Of a stretch of 64,000 nt of DNA, positions 12,057 to 24,361 are shown piece by piece. The translations under genes and the position numbers were made by a program. Numbering within the stretch: the stretch's first letter is position 1; each line of letters starts with the position of its first letter. The stretch is taken from the NCBI GenBank assembly GCA_964057225.1, contig OZ059896.1, positions 15,934,001 to 15,998,000 of the forward strand. The letters are read 5' to 3'. The DNA comes from Auanema rhodensis (lineage: Eukaryota; Animalia; Nematoda). The notes beneath the pieces were generated by a model. The model was not told the DNA's origin. It saw only the letters and a list, made by a program, of their open reading frames with translations, and made no database searches.

Positions 12057-13057
12057 CTTTTTCTATTTTCAATATCTGAAGAACTGAGAAAACTGACCTC
12101 AATTGGCTCGTACTGTCTAAGAAGCTAAGATTGATAATCTGTAAATAGAAGAAAAAAGAAAGAAATACAAGTCAATGAACTGGGAAAATTTATTCAGAGG
12201 TGGGTTACATTATAAAAAATAAAAATATATAATATAAAGACAAGTATCCTAACTGAAGAATAGAAGGTAGATATAAGATACATATTAGAGCTCATTAGCT
12301 TTTACAAACATTAATAATTAAAATAGAGATGAACAATATAATATGATCACTTCCTGATGTATTGTATGAAATATATATTATACTCGATATTGATTCCAAA
12401 AAAATCAGAAAAATTTTTAGAATACTATATTACTTTTATGTTTTGTTCGTAGCTAACTATTCAATATGAATAATTAGTCTCAAACAGAATAAAAAGTTCT
12501 ACCCTGTGTACTTCTTATTCAGAATCTAGCTAACTGCTACTTTCAAATTAAAATTATAAGTAAAAGGGTAATGTGAAAGGATTTGTTTTTAACTTTCATA
12601 AAAATATTATAAATATTTTTATATTTTTTTCTTCTGTTTTGACATTTCGCTATTCAAGAATTTGTATGACTGATTTGTGTCTATCATTGTTTCAGTAAGT
12701 TTTCTTCTTGTTCTTTGATTATCATAAAAATACTATACATGTTTGAAAAACATTGTTAAGAAATATAATAAAATTACGAAAGATTTGATTGTCAATACTT
12801 GAAACTAGAATAATTAAATTAAATGAATAATTATGGCATGCGTAATGTACTTATTAATATAAACTATTATAATTAAATAAAACATGTGTTCATGTGAATT
12901 ATTCATTTTTTGTGATGGCTTGAGCATCAACCTAAACGTTTTGGGATCTTACAATATCTGAAACAAAATTGAAATCAGGTTGTCTGGTAGGTATCTCTTA
13001 CAGTAGGACGAAGCGTATAGGTACGATATAAGCTTCTCATTCTGATTAGACTAGTCT

Positions 13058-13210
13058 AATTAGTAAATTGCGGTTATAATAAATAGTTAGTGTAGATCCT
13101 ATTAAATATTTAACTTTAAGAAAACAAATAATTTCTTCAAAGTATGTATGACATAAATTCCTATGGTTAAAAAGAAAGTTTCAATTTATTATAACCGCAA
13201 TTTACTAATT
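13058..13210. mobile_element. Small inverted-repeat element (putative MITE, 153 bp)
   Basis: Perfect 27-bp inverted repeat AATTAGTAAATTGCGGTTATAATAAAT at 13058-13084 and 13184-13210. Confidence 0.6.
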
Positions 13211-13865
13211 TTATTTGGTTCTCTGTTACAGCATTGATTTTTGAGCACTAAAGGTGGTACGTTTTTTTAATTTTTCTCTCAAACGACAATGTTACGCCTA
13301 ACGCCTATGCACGCTTTGCTTTTTGTAGAAAATACCAAAAATAACATCAAAGAAATTACCTCTGTATTGAACAAAATGCTTTAAAAAGTATTACTATCAT
13401 AATAGTATTCAAAGCGTTGCAATATTAGCAAAATTATGTGTAGTTATACCGATAATTTCAAATATATTTAATATAATTTACCAAGTTTTATCTTCAATAT
13501 TCAACAAATTACCGTGATACGTTGAATACTAGTGAGAAGAGAGACTCTTTGTGTGATCTTCTTTTCTCACGCAAACGCGTCTGTGGGCAGATAAGCAGAG
13601 GAAGGAGAGAACATGCCAACATCGTATCCTTCCACCACATTCTAACTTTTATGAATACAAAGACTTTCTCTTCTTCTGTAGTTTGCGTTGATTTGTAATT
13701 TCCCATCCGTGATTATTACTGTTATTTTTTCTCCTCAACTTTGATTTTCTTAACAACTTTTCTTACTTTCTCCCTCGAATTTATCGAATGTGTATCGTAT
13801 CGTATCGAACATCGTGAAAAAGTTTTAGAATTTGCATTCAAATTTCAGATTTTTCAAAATCAAAG

Positions 13866-15871
13866 ATGATGGAGGTGTGCATCGAGTTACAAGATCTAGA
13901 CGGCGTTGTACATCGAGAGTTCCGTTTCAAATTCGGCATGCAGGTACTTGTTTTTGTAAACTTAGCAATTATTAAATGTGTTTTTAGGATACGTTGGATC
14001 ACTTAAATGGAGTAATTTAATCGACGTGGAATATCGACCAGAAATATCAAGAGCTGTTCTCTGATGACGGCAGAAAGCTTATCGGATTCGGGACAGTCTT
14101 CAGTCTTTGGGATTGAAACATCGCTCTAAAGTGATTGTTGTAAGTTGTTATTTTATCTTTAGAAATTGTTTATTGTTTATACAGCGAGAGAATTAACTTT
14201 CTGGCTCATTGTGATATTGTTAACAATTCAAAGGCAGGCAGATAATTAGACAATTGTAATACAGCTAGTGAATTATATTTTGTCTAAGGTTATTTAATTC
14301 TGGATTTGTTTTGTGCTATATTTTCATTTTTTCAGAAATACGCCCTGCTTCAAAACTGGGCTGTATTTTTGCAACGATACAAAAGGTTGAAACGCCTACG
14401 AACTAGTGATGAACAAGGAGATATGGCGCATACGCTGCTTGGGATGGTGGATATACTTACAACAGGAGGATTTTTCTTTTGCTACGTTAACATCGGCATA
14501 GTGTGCGATGAAATCTGCGAGGACGTGCGAGAGTATTTGGGAGGATTTCGAGAAAGCATAGAAATGACTGCTCGATACTTCTTCATTAACTTAAAGAAAA
14601 ACGGCAGACCAGATGCTTCTGTTTTCAAAGTATGTTTTCGAAAATGTTCAAATTTAAGTAGTTTTCATACAGTAAATTTATATTATTTTGCAGAATCGCA
14701 TTTCTTTTGCAGATTCGTTTCGATGACAAGCTGGCTGGTGTTCATTCTGGCAGATTATGTACGGTTACGGATCATGATGACCAGATGCTTCTGTTTTCAA
14801 ATTATGTTTTCGAAAATGTTCAAATTTAAGTAGTTTTCATACAGTAAATTTATATTTTTTTGCAGAATCGCATTTCTTTTGCAGATTCGTTTTGATGACA
14901 AGCTGGCTGGTGTTCATTCTGGCAGATTATGTACGGTTACGGATCATGATGACCAGATGCTTCTGTTTTCAAATTATGTTTAAATTTAAATAGTTTTCAT
15001 ACAGTAAATTTATATTATTTTGCAGAATCGCATTTCTTTTGCAGATTCGTTTCGATGACAAGCTGGCTGGTGTTCATTCCGGCAGATTATGTACGGTTAC
15101 GGATCATGATGAGACAACGAATTATGAAGGGCCAAAAAAATCAAGCTCTGGTTCCGGAATGCCTCCAAATCTTTAAGAAGTATTTAGTTATTCGCTCCTT
15201 CAGTTGATTGGTGTTGGTCCTGAATCGCATTTCTTCTGTCCTCCTCCTGGAACATCGACTAGGACAATCTTCATAGCAACAAAGGTAATTCCCAACTTCG
15301 ATAGTAATCGAATGGATCAGCTCACTAGAAAGAGCAAAAACATCAAGAATGTTCTTATCGAAATTCACGTTCTGTGCTCTATCTTTTGCATAACAGACGT
15401 TCACCAGGACAACTGGGTAGCTCAAAGGGCAATAGATCATTATCGACTTCGCCATACCGTTTCGAGAAGGTATGTTTTTTATGAAATGTAAAAGAAAATG
15501 ATTATCAACATTTTTAGGGAATCCACGTGAAAACGTTTGTCAACTTGTTTGCGAAGGAACGCCTGCTCCTGTTGACACTCTCGTTAACGGCGTTTCAAAT
15601 ATAGAGCTCCGAAAAGTTGCGGAGGCATGTTCTTCAGACGAGCGCATCAAGATTGCAAGAGCAGCAATAGATAAATGGAGTTTAATGGATGTGATCGAAA
15701 GTGCTAAGGTTTCTTATGTTCTATGTTAATTTTAACAATGGTGATTTTTTCAGGGTTCGTACGAACGCTGTGAAAGAAATTATGGTAGCCCAAGGAATAA
15801 CAATCGAAAAAACTGAAGACTTCGCACAATATGTCGCAGATGTAAAGTATAATTGTTCTTTATTCTTGTAG
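13866..15871 (+). pseudogene. Decayed gene for an N-terminal ubiquitin-like domain + C-terminal atypical (PI3/PI4K-like) kinase protein; possibly krma-family Maverick cargo
   Basis: Spliced fragments MEVCIELQDL...QKYQELFSDDGRKL / SLQSLGLKHRSKVIV (Ubl-like); EVFSYSLLQLIGVGPESHF, IFIATK, ITDVHQDNW, frameshifted IIIDF; stops at 14018 and 15174, two or more frameshifts, internal triplication. Confidence 0.7.
14607..15112 (+). repeat. Tandem triplication, 172-bp unit (exon end + intron + next exon start)
   Basis: Unit GACCAGATGCTTCTG...GGATCATGAT starts at 14607, 14779 and 14951; the third copy has a ~12-bp deletion. Confidence 0.95.
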
Positions 15872-16111
15872 CGTTTAAATGTAAAACGATTATTTCTATT
15901 ATTTATTGATTTCACACTTTGTCTGAAAGGGTAACAACATATGATATTAATTGGTATTCAAGGAAAAATGAATGATAAAAGCAAAAATGTTTCTTGTTAT
16001 TGTGAAACTGTTTGTATCATTTTGGATAATGAGTGAAATTTGTTTTGAAAAAACTGGTATTTTTAATGTATGTATGTCATATCTTATTTTGCTTAAATTT
16101 GTTGTAAATAA

Positions 16112-16477
16112 ATGATTTACATAAACCTTTATTTAACTTCTAGTGATAAAACTTTTGAATATTACTCTTTACCAAAGAAAATGTTAAAGAAAAATTATGA
16201 AATAACTTTGATAAAGTTTGATTGAGAGATAAATAATTCATATTCGAGGTCTGAATTGTTAATTCATAATACAAACGTGGATGAAAATGATAATTTAGTG
16301 AATAGTATGATTGAAGAAAAAAATAATAAAAATATTCCAGATAAAATTTATATTAATTGTAGTTTAATAGATTATTCATATATTAATGATAATAATATTA
16401 ACTTGTTATATAGAATAAGAAATAAGGCTGGAGCTATTGGCATTGAACCAAAAACAATTTCAGCTAATCGAGTTTAA
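16112..16477 (+). pseudogene. Intronless decayed ORF resembling a Maverick/Polinton minor capsid (penton) protein
   Basis: MIYINLYLTSSDKTFEYYSLPKKMLKKNYEITLIKFD*EINN...PDKIYINCSLIDYSYINDNNINLLYRIRNKAGAIGIEPKTI; one in-frame TGA at 16223; ATG in TAAATAAATG context. Assignment by recalled motif pattern only. Confidence 0.55.
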
Positions 16478-16542
16478 ATTTACAATACCAGGTTTAATAT
16501 GTTTTCTGAAAAAATCATTTATTTAGCATTATTTTTATTCAC

Positions 16543-17243
16543 CGTTCTAGCGCCCTTCTCTCGACCATTTCGACCACTGGATTTCGACCACATTTTTAAA
16601 GTAACGCATTTCGACTTTTTTGCCATTTTTGAAAATTGGGGGCTGGTATCGTTTCGCCCACCCCCCCCCCCCCCCCTAAGAGTTAACATTAGAGCGCATG
16701 CGTTTTTTACCTGAAAATAAAGAGTCTCATCTCTGCGAGTGGGAGTGCTCTCTCTGATACTTTTAATACTTTTAAGTTTTGTTGAAGCCCTCTCTATCTG
16801 GGGGGGATACCCCCCCAGACCCCCCGGATTTGGGATAGAGCACTCCCGCTGGTTTATGCAAAGCTAGTGCGTGCCCAAAATGTTATCTTAGATCATGCGT
16901 TATTTACTCGAAAATACAGTCTCATTTCTGCGAGTTTAATACTTTTAAATTTTGTTGAAGCTTTCTCTATCTGGGGGGGATACCCCCCCAGACCCCCCGG
17001 ATCTGGGATAGAGCACTCCCGCTAGTTTATGCAAAGCTGGTGTGTGCCCAAAATGTTATAAGCGCGCTCTAATGTTAACTCTCTGATTATTAGGGGGGGG
17101 GGGTGGGCGAAACAATACCAGCGCCGAAAATTGTTGAAAATGACACATTTTTGAAGAGTTAAGACACAAAATCAATGAAATTAAGCCTTAAAATGGCTTA
17201 AAAATAAGAAAATTGAGGATAGGCGAAAAGGTGCGCTAGAACG
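16543..17243. mobile_element. Older short-TIR element hosting the nested MITE
   Basis: Inverted repeat CGTTCTAGCGC (16543-16553) / GCGCTAGAACG (17233-17243) with imperfect inward extension; no clear TSD. Confidence 0.45.
16639..17125. mobile_element. Second copy of the 8-bp-TSD MITE, inverted, 487 bp with internal duplication
   Basis: Reverse complement of 5428-5734 plus ~180 bp extra that repeats the central core; TSD GAAAATTG at 16631-16638 and 17126-17133. Confidence 0.92.
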
Positions 17244-17541
17244 ACAAAATACATATTATTCAAATGTTTGAAATCGCAGCTGATTTCGCAGCTCATAACT
17301 TATGTTATTACTTATTAATTGACATTTAGTTATTCATTATTTATTCTTACTGCTATGAAAAAAAATTTTTCTGAACTTCTTGAAAAATGAAATTATAAAG
17401 GAATATATATGTTAGTTTGATCTTTCGTAGCAATACAGAGGCGGGGCCTATATAACTATAATCAACGACAGCAATAGCAAAGCATGTATAAGAATTATGT
17501 ACAATTTTTTTTGAGTTTCAATATTTCATCAATCATTCGCA

Positions 17542-18973
17542 ATGGCATCTGTTGTAAAAATAATACTTCTCTCCACTTTCGGATTAGTTTCAATACTATC
17601 ATTTATTCTTACTGCTATAATATGGTATCCTCTAGCTTATTTGGCTTTTAAGTATGTTACTTGTGTAGTAGAAAACTTTGTAATTCATTTTTAGGAAAAA
17701 GTCTTCTCCTATATATTTAATTTCGTTCGCCAATACTTCAGCTGATTTTCTATTTGTGATTATGGTGTTTGTCTATTTTCTTCCAAGCTACATATTAGAT
17801 GTACTGAATTGTTTCTGGTTTTTTTGCCAGTATTTCCTTTAACCTCCCCCAATTTTGCTAAAGTTCACCTCTTCTATTTAAACGAGAGTACAATTCGAAT
17901 TTTTTTGTAATCCAAATGTATCTTACCATGGGAAATATACTGCGAAGAAGCCAGTACTATCTTTCTTCCTTATATGATTCTTTTATAGAGTTTTATTTTT
18001 TCAAAAGGACTAAAAGATCCTGGTTTAATTTTACTTACAAGTGTTTACATTGTTTACTGGACTTCTGGACAGTCATATGTGATTTTAATGGCTATTAACA
18101 GGTTGGATTTCCAACCTCTGCAATAGCTATATCAGCGTACTTTTCAGATTCGTGGTAGTATGTCTTCCACAATACAATATTTTTACTTATAAGTTTGTTA
18201 GGAATACGATTATTGGTTTAAATATATTCAATATTGTTTCTATAGCACTAATGCAATATGTTTTACCTTGCTGCACGTAAATTCTTTTTTGGTTTCTTTT
18301 TTAAAGTTAGTTAATCACCTTCAGGCTTGTACTTGATAAAAATGTTTATTCTTATTCTTATATAGAAGTAGAGGGTGTTCCAAACTATGCTGATGATTAT
18401 ATTGGATTTCCCTATGATGCCTGTACATCATGCGTTGGAGTTGTTTGTTATTGCTTGGTAAATATTTCACCATTTCACATTATGAATTCTTAAAGTTCAG
18501 TTATTCTTTTACATCCGGAGAGCAGGGAAAAAAGTCGCGTTGACAGGCAAAGAACAAAGTAAACGAAGACTCAGAGAATATAAGTAATTGAATTTGATAT
18601 ATGATTGTTGCTTCAGAATATATTCCTTTAGATTCGCTCTACAGTTCTTTCTGACATCCGTTTTCCGCATCTTCAGTTGGGTTATATTCCGTTTACTCTT
18701 CTCTGTTCTTGCAACAGACATTGAGATTGCTTGGTATATGCTGGCCCCTATATTTCTTTCTCTGAGTTGTTGTTTTGATGCATTGGTTTACCTTTTAATG
18801 AACAGAGAGGTAAGAAGCTATTGAATTAATATCAAAAACATTTTAAATAATTACAGGTGAACGAAGCTATTGGTTTTATTTACTTGAAAAAGGTAAAAGT
18901 AAGTCATGTGAGCATGTGTGCAAAACAACAGAAGCGAAGCAATTCACACTGTCATGATATGTCCACAAAATAA
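17542..18973 (+). CDS. Serpentine 7TM chemoreceptor, srx/srxa-like, copy 1
   Basis: Spliced ORF MASVVKIILLS...SPIYLISFAN...ILMAINRFVVVCLP...VLPCC...YSYSY..GVPNY...FALQF...ALVYLLMNRE...MSTK*; intact GT-AG junctions. Confidence 0.85.
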
Positions 18974-19194
18974 AATTCTGACTTGAATTCTTCTGACACC
19001 TTAGTTATCCCAAGCTTGTTTATCTTGATGTTTATGCTTATGTTTTCTCTTATATGGGAAAATTTCACATATACATACACACACACATAGGTATATTATT
19101 CGTGGAATGGTAGAAATTCAAACAAGGTGATTACTTTTATCATAAGAATAAATTAAATGAATAATAAAATGTATAACAAATTGATTTAGTTCCA

Positions 19195-19675
19195 ATCATA
19201 TCTTCTGGCTCCTATAGTCCAAATTATCCTTATGATTTGGATCATTAACTATATCATCGGCTATACGGGCTATAATATGGTATCCATTGGCATATCTGTC
19301 ATTTATGTTTTACATAAATAATTGATGAATTCTAAATATTGAGAAAAAGCTATTCCGTCAATTGATTATATTCTTTTGTTCATAACATTATGTGATATAC
19401 TTCTAAGTTATTTATTAGATGTACTATATTATTCACAATTATTATATTATAGTTATCAGATTATCTTATAGAGTTTTATTTTTCCGAAGGAAAAGTATGA
19501 TCTTGCCTTTAAATTCGTGTCAAAACTCTTTTATTTATTAAACATCCGGTCAGTCAAACGTCTTTCTAATGGCAATAATAGGTATGTTCGTAGATTGAAT
19601 TGAAATCCAAAGCAGTTTTCAGATTCGTTGTGATGTGCTTACTGAAATCAAGTATCTTTACTCACATACGTTTGC
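19195..19675 (+). pseudogene. Degraded, 3'-truncated paralogue of the srx-type GPCR (recurs at ~24583-25063 and partly at ~29555-29750)
   Basis: Remnants AIIWYPLAYLSF, SFIFPK, LMA..., RFVVMCL with a similar intron layout, broken by frameshifts and stops. Confidence 0.7.
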
Positions 19676-19678
19676 ATT

Positions 19679-21549
19679 AAATATTGACAGTCTATTGATC
19701 AAATTAATCAAAAGTAAACAATAGATTCGCTAATATCTTATTGTTTCCGGCTATATGCTGTGAACTAATATAAAAATAATAATTGCACGTCACTTTTCAT
19801 ATTTACGGTTGTTGTTGTTGTATACGATATATTTAATTATTTTATCAATTAAAAATAAATTCACAATTAAATCTTTTTTTTTTGAATGAATAAATATTAC
19901 AATCAATTTAGTTTTTTTGAAATTTTAATAATAATTACATGTATCCAGAAATCCTTCTTTTTTAATTTATACATTTGCGTTCCGTCACTTTTTCGCATCG
20001 GAACATACTGGAAAATTGAAATTAAATAAGGCTATTGTTTTATGTACTAGTTTCAATTCGAAAACACTTTTGAGCTTAGTGTTAGTTTTTCAACTTGAAT
20101 TATCATTGGCTGAATTCAAGTATACTGGTCAAGAAAAGGTATGGATTAACATTACAAGTCTTTTCATTAGACTCACTCACGAGTCTTTTTATTAGACTTA
20201 TTTCGAAAAGTTTTCTAAATTTTTGATTTTTTTCCCAAAATTTTTAATTTTTCAATCCATCGTATTACATCGTGCGGGTATTCGTGATTTATATAATCCT
20301 TAATATTTAAGACGTTTATCAATTGATTTTCGATTGCGTACATTTTTATTATTTCAAAAAATAATAAAAGTATTTGTGTTGTTTCTTTTTCATTTGTTTT
20401 GTTTAGGAATTCCGGGTTGATTCTATGTCAGAGTGGTAATCGTTGACAGACATTTTATTTACCTATTTTCAAAAAATTAGAAATTTTCCTTCTGTCTTAT
20501 GGTCATTAGTATCCTATTAGATGTGTTTTAATAGAGATGAGTACTACAAATGTTTTAGTAATCGTAATAGATGCCAGAGACTGTGATATCAAATTCTAAA
20601 ATATGTTCATTCCTATTAGATATTCGGTTTAACTTGGTCTTCCTCATTGTTCTTATTCCCTTTCTAAAATAAAAAAAAATGTGCTTGGGTGGATATTTCT
20701 TGTCTAATTTTCCCTATGAGTAAATTTATGTTTTTCCTCATCAATTATCCTATTAATCAACATATTTGGCTTATCACACATTTTTTTCTCATTTTGGTTT
20801 TTCATTTATGCTTTTAACTTCGGTTTATGGTTATTTGCCTCATTAGCATAATACATTGCTTGATATTGAAGCGCAATCTCCTCATTAGCATGCTGACTAT
20901 ACACATTTTTTTCAGTTCTGTTCTCATTAACATGTCTTTATACACAAATTTTACATCTCGAAAAGGTAATAGAATATAACAAAAGGGTTTATTTAAAAGT
21001 ATATTAAGAATTAATTATTATACAATTTATATTAAACGAGAGTCTGTGTTATGATATGTACAATGTCAATCATGAAAGGAAAGATAAAATATATAAAATG
21101 AATACGAAGATAAATGTGTATTTTAAAATAGAAGTAACCATGAATTCAAAAACTGAAATCATAATAGGTAAAATTGAACTATTAAAGAAAAATTGTATTT
21201 TTCTATTTGATTCAGAAATTGAAAAACAAGTACTATAGGGTCAAATTAGCACACATTATAAGAAACATATAAGAAAACATAAAAAATATTGACAGTCTAT
21301 TGATCAAATTAATCAAAAGTAAACAATAGATTCGCTAATATCTTATTATTTCCGGCTATATGCTGTGAACTAATATAAAAATAATAATTGCACGTCACTT
21401 TTCATATTTACGGTTGTTGTTGTTGTATACGATATATTTAATTATTTTATCAATTAAAAATAAATTCACAATTAAATCTTTTTTTTTTGAATGAATAAAT
21501 ATTACAATCAATTTAGTTTTTTTGAAATTTTAATAATAATTACATGTAT
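19679..21549. repeat. 266-bp direct repeats (19679-19944, 21284-21549) flanking a 1.34-kb segment; duplicated at 25067-26937
   Basis: Near-identical direct repeats at offset 1605. Confidence 0.9.
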
Positions 21550-22929
21550 TCATAAAAAACTATCAATCTATATTCAAATATAGGCAACTATCTGCTAGGT
21601 GTGTAGCTTATATGCTATACCACATTGTACGTAAACTAATTTAGCGTAAAAGCACGTAGTTCATTATTTTACATTATTACAGTTCTGTTTTAGTAAGGAA
21701 CCCGTATAAAAATATCAGAAAAATTTATACAAAATATGCAAAGCGTCGAAGTCATGACGAACTGATGAAGAGAGGACTCAGACATTGAAATATATATTAT
21801 ACTCGATATTGATTCCAAAAAAATCTGAAAAATTTTTAGAATACTATATTGCTTTTATGTTTTGTTCGTAGCTAACTATTCAATATGAATAATTAGTCTT
21901 AAACAGAATAAAATGTTTGGATGAGCATATTGTCATCCTAAATTTAAATTGAAGGGACGAAATTAATTTGTATAATGTTTTGTATAAGTTTTCAGTTTAA
22001 ATATAATATTTATTTATTCTAATTAATAATAGCTTTTTGATCTTTGGACTCTTTTCGGTTTTATAACAGCCCTTTTCTTTATTCTAACTTCGCGCGCGTG
22101 TGTGAATTTTTTAACAAGGTTTCTGTGTAAAAAATTGTTTAATGTTGAAGGGAGGGAGTCTTTAAGCATCAAGTATTTTTTTAATTTTTATACAAAAGGG
22201 TCCAAATAATAATTTAAAGTTCCCCCTTAAAGGGTCGTTTACAGTTAAGAATATAACAGACAATTGGGTGGATATACAGAATAACGAAACATCGTTATCA
22301 GTTCAACGAGAACTTTTAGTTCCATTCCGAATTACTACGCAGATTCTTGGAAACCTCGTAAGCTCGTTTCTAGATTTGGCTTCATGTATGCATATATATC
22401 TATCTATTTCTCAGTCTACAATCAACTAAACTAAACAAAACAACAAGAATTATCACACATTTTTCTGACATTCCTGAAATCTAGATCTTACCTTTTCGTG
22501 ACCCTGCGTAGTTGCCAAGTATTACTACTATTATTTTTAATTTATTCTTCTTAGCATTACATAATTTTCCTTACTTTTCAATATTTCTACAATCATTCGC
22601 AATGGCATCTGCATCACTTTCTTTGAACTTCTTTAGAAATCAAATTATAAAAGAATATATGTTAGTTTCTTCATTTAATATCGAAGTTAAAGGATCATAT
22701 CTCTGGAGGTATGCTGCACAACTATCGTTAACTCTTCGATTTCTGACAGCATCAAATTTTTAATTTTTTTTACGCTACATATACATATTATGTAGACATT
22801 TATTTAGATTTTTTGTAGCAATACAGAGGCGGGGCCTATATAACTATAATCAACGACAGCAATAGCAAAGCATGTATAAGAATTATGTACAATTTTTTTT
22901 GAGTTTCAATATTTCATCAATCATTCGCA

Positions 22930-24361
22930 ATGGCATCTGTTGTAAAAATAATACTTCTCTCCACTTTCGGATTAGTTTCAATACTATCATTTATTCTTAC
23001 TGCTATAATATGGTATCCTCTAGCTTATTTGGCTTTTAAGTATGTTACTTGTGTAGTAGAAAACTTTGTAATTCATTTTTAGGAAAAAGTCTTCTCCTAT
23101 ATATTTAATTTCGTTCGCCAATACTTCAGCTGATTTTCTATTTGTGATTATGGTGTTTGTCTATTTTCTTCCAAGCTACATATTAGATGTACTGAATTGT
23201 TTCTGGTTTTTTTGCCAGTATTTCCTTTAACCTCCCCCAATTTTGCTAAAGTTCACCTCTTCTATTTAAACGAGAGTACAATTCGAATTTTTTTGTAATC
23301 CAAATGTATCTTACCATGGGAAATATACTGCGAAGAAGCCAGTACTATCTTTCTTCCTTATATGATTCTTTTATAGAGTTTTATTTTTTCAAAAGGACTA
23401 AAAGATCCTGGTTTAATTTTACTTACAAGTGTTTACATTGTTTACTGGACTTCTGGACAGTCATATGTGATTTTAATGGCTATTAACAGGTTGGATTTCC
23501 AACCTCTGCAATAGCTATATCAGCGTACTTTTCAGATTCGTGGTAGTATGTCTTCCACAATACAATATTTTTACTTATAAGTTTGTTAGGAATACGATTA
23601 TTGGTTTAAATATATTCAATATTGTTTCTATAGCACTAATGCAATATGTTTTACCTTGCTGCACGTAAATTCTTTTTTGGTTTCTTTTTTAAAGTTAGTT
23701 AATCACCTTCAGGCTTGTACTTGATAAAAATGTTTATTCTCATTCTTATATAGAAGTGGAGGGTGTTCCAAACTATGCTGAAGATTATATTGGATTTCCC
23801 TATGATGCCTGTACATCATGCATTGGAGTTGTTTGTTATTGCTTGGTAAATATTTCACCATTTCACATTATGAATTCTTAAAGTTCAGTTATTCTTTTAC
23901 ATCCGGAGAGCAGGGAAAAAAGTCGCGTTGACAGGCAAAGAACAAAGCAAACGAAGACTCAGAGAATATAAGTAATTGAATTTGATATATGATTGTTGCT
24001 TCAGAATATATTCCTTTAGATTCGCTCTACAGTTCTTTCTGACATCCGTTTTCCGCATCTTCAGTTGGGTTATATTCCGTTTACTCTTCTCTGTTCTTGC
24101 AACAGACATTGAGATTGCTTGGTTTATGCTGGCCCCTATATTTCTTTCTCTGAGTTGTTGTTTTGATGCATTGGTTTACCTTTTAATGAACAGAGAGGTA
24201 AGAAGCTATTGAATTAATATCAAAAACATTTTAAATAATTACAGGTGAACGAAGCTATTGGTTTTATTTACTTGAAAAAGGTAACAGTAAGTCATGTGAG
24301 CATGTGTGCAAAACAACAAAAGCGAAGCAATTCACACTGTCATGATATGTCCACAAAATAA
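22930..24361 (+). CDS. Serpentine 7TM chemoreceptor, srx/srxa-like, copy 2
   Basis: Same structure as copy 1; intact; about 8 coding substitutions. Confidence 0.85.

Noticed and set aside
14607-15112. Regular repeats resembling a CRISPR-like array
   Set aside because: The entire unit is repeated with no unique spacers; eukaryotic context and no cas genes.
17916-18098. Repeated 60-aa ORF MYLTMGNILRRS... (three copies) and the antisense 70-aa ORF
   Set aside because: Wrong-frame or antisense readings of the GPCR exons.
21056-21238. 60-aa ORF inside the cassette
   Set aside because: No recognisable motif; its recurrence is explained by the duplication.
19679-21549. Intact LTR retrotransposon
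   Set aside because: No gag/pol remnants, TSD or clear PBS; kept only as a direct-repeat cassette.
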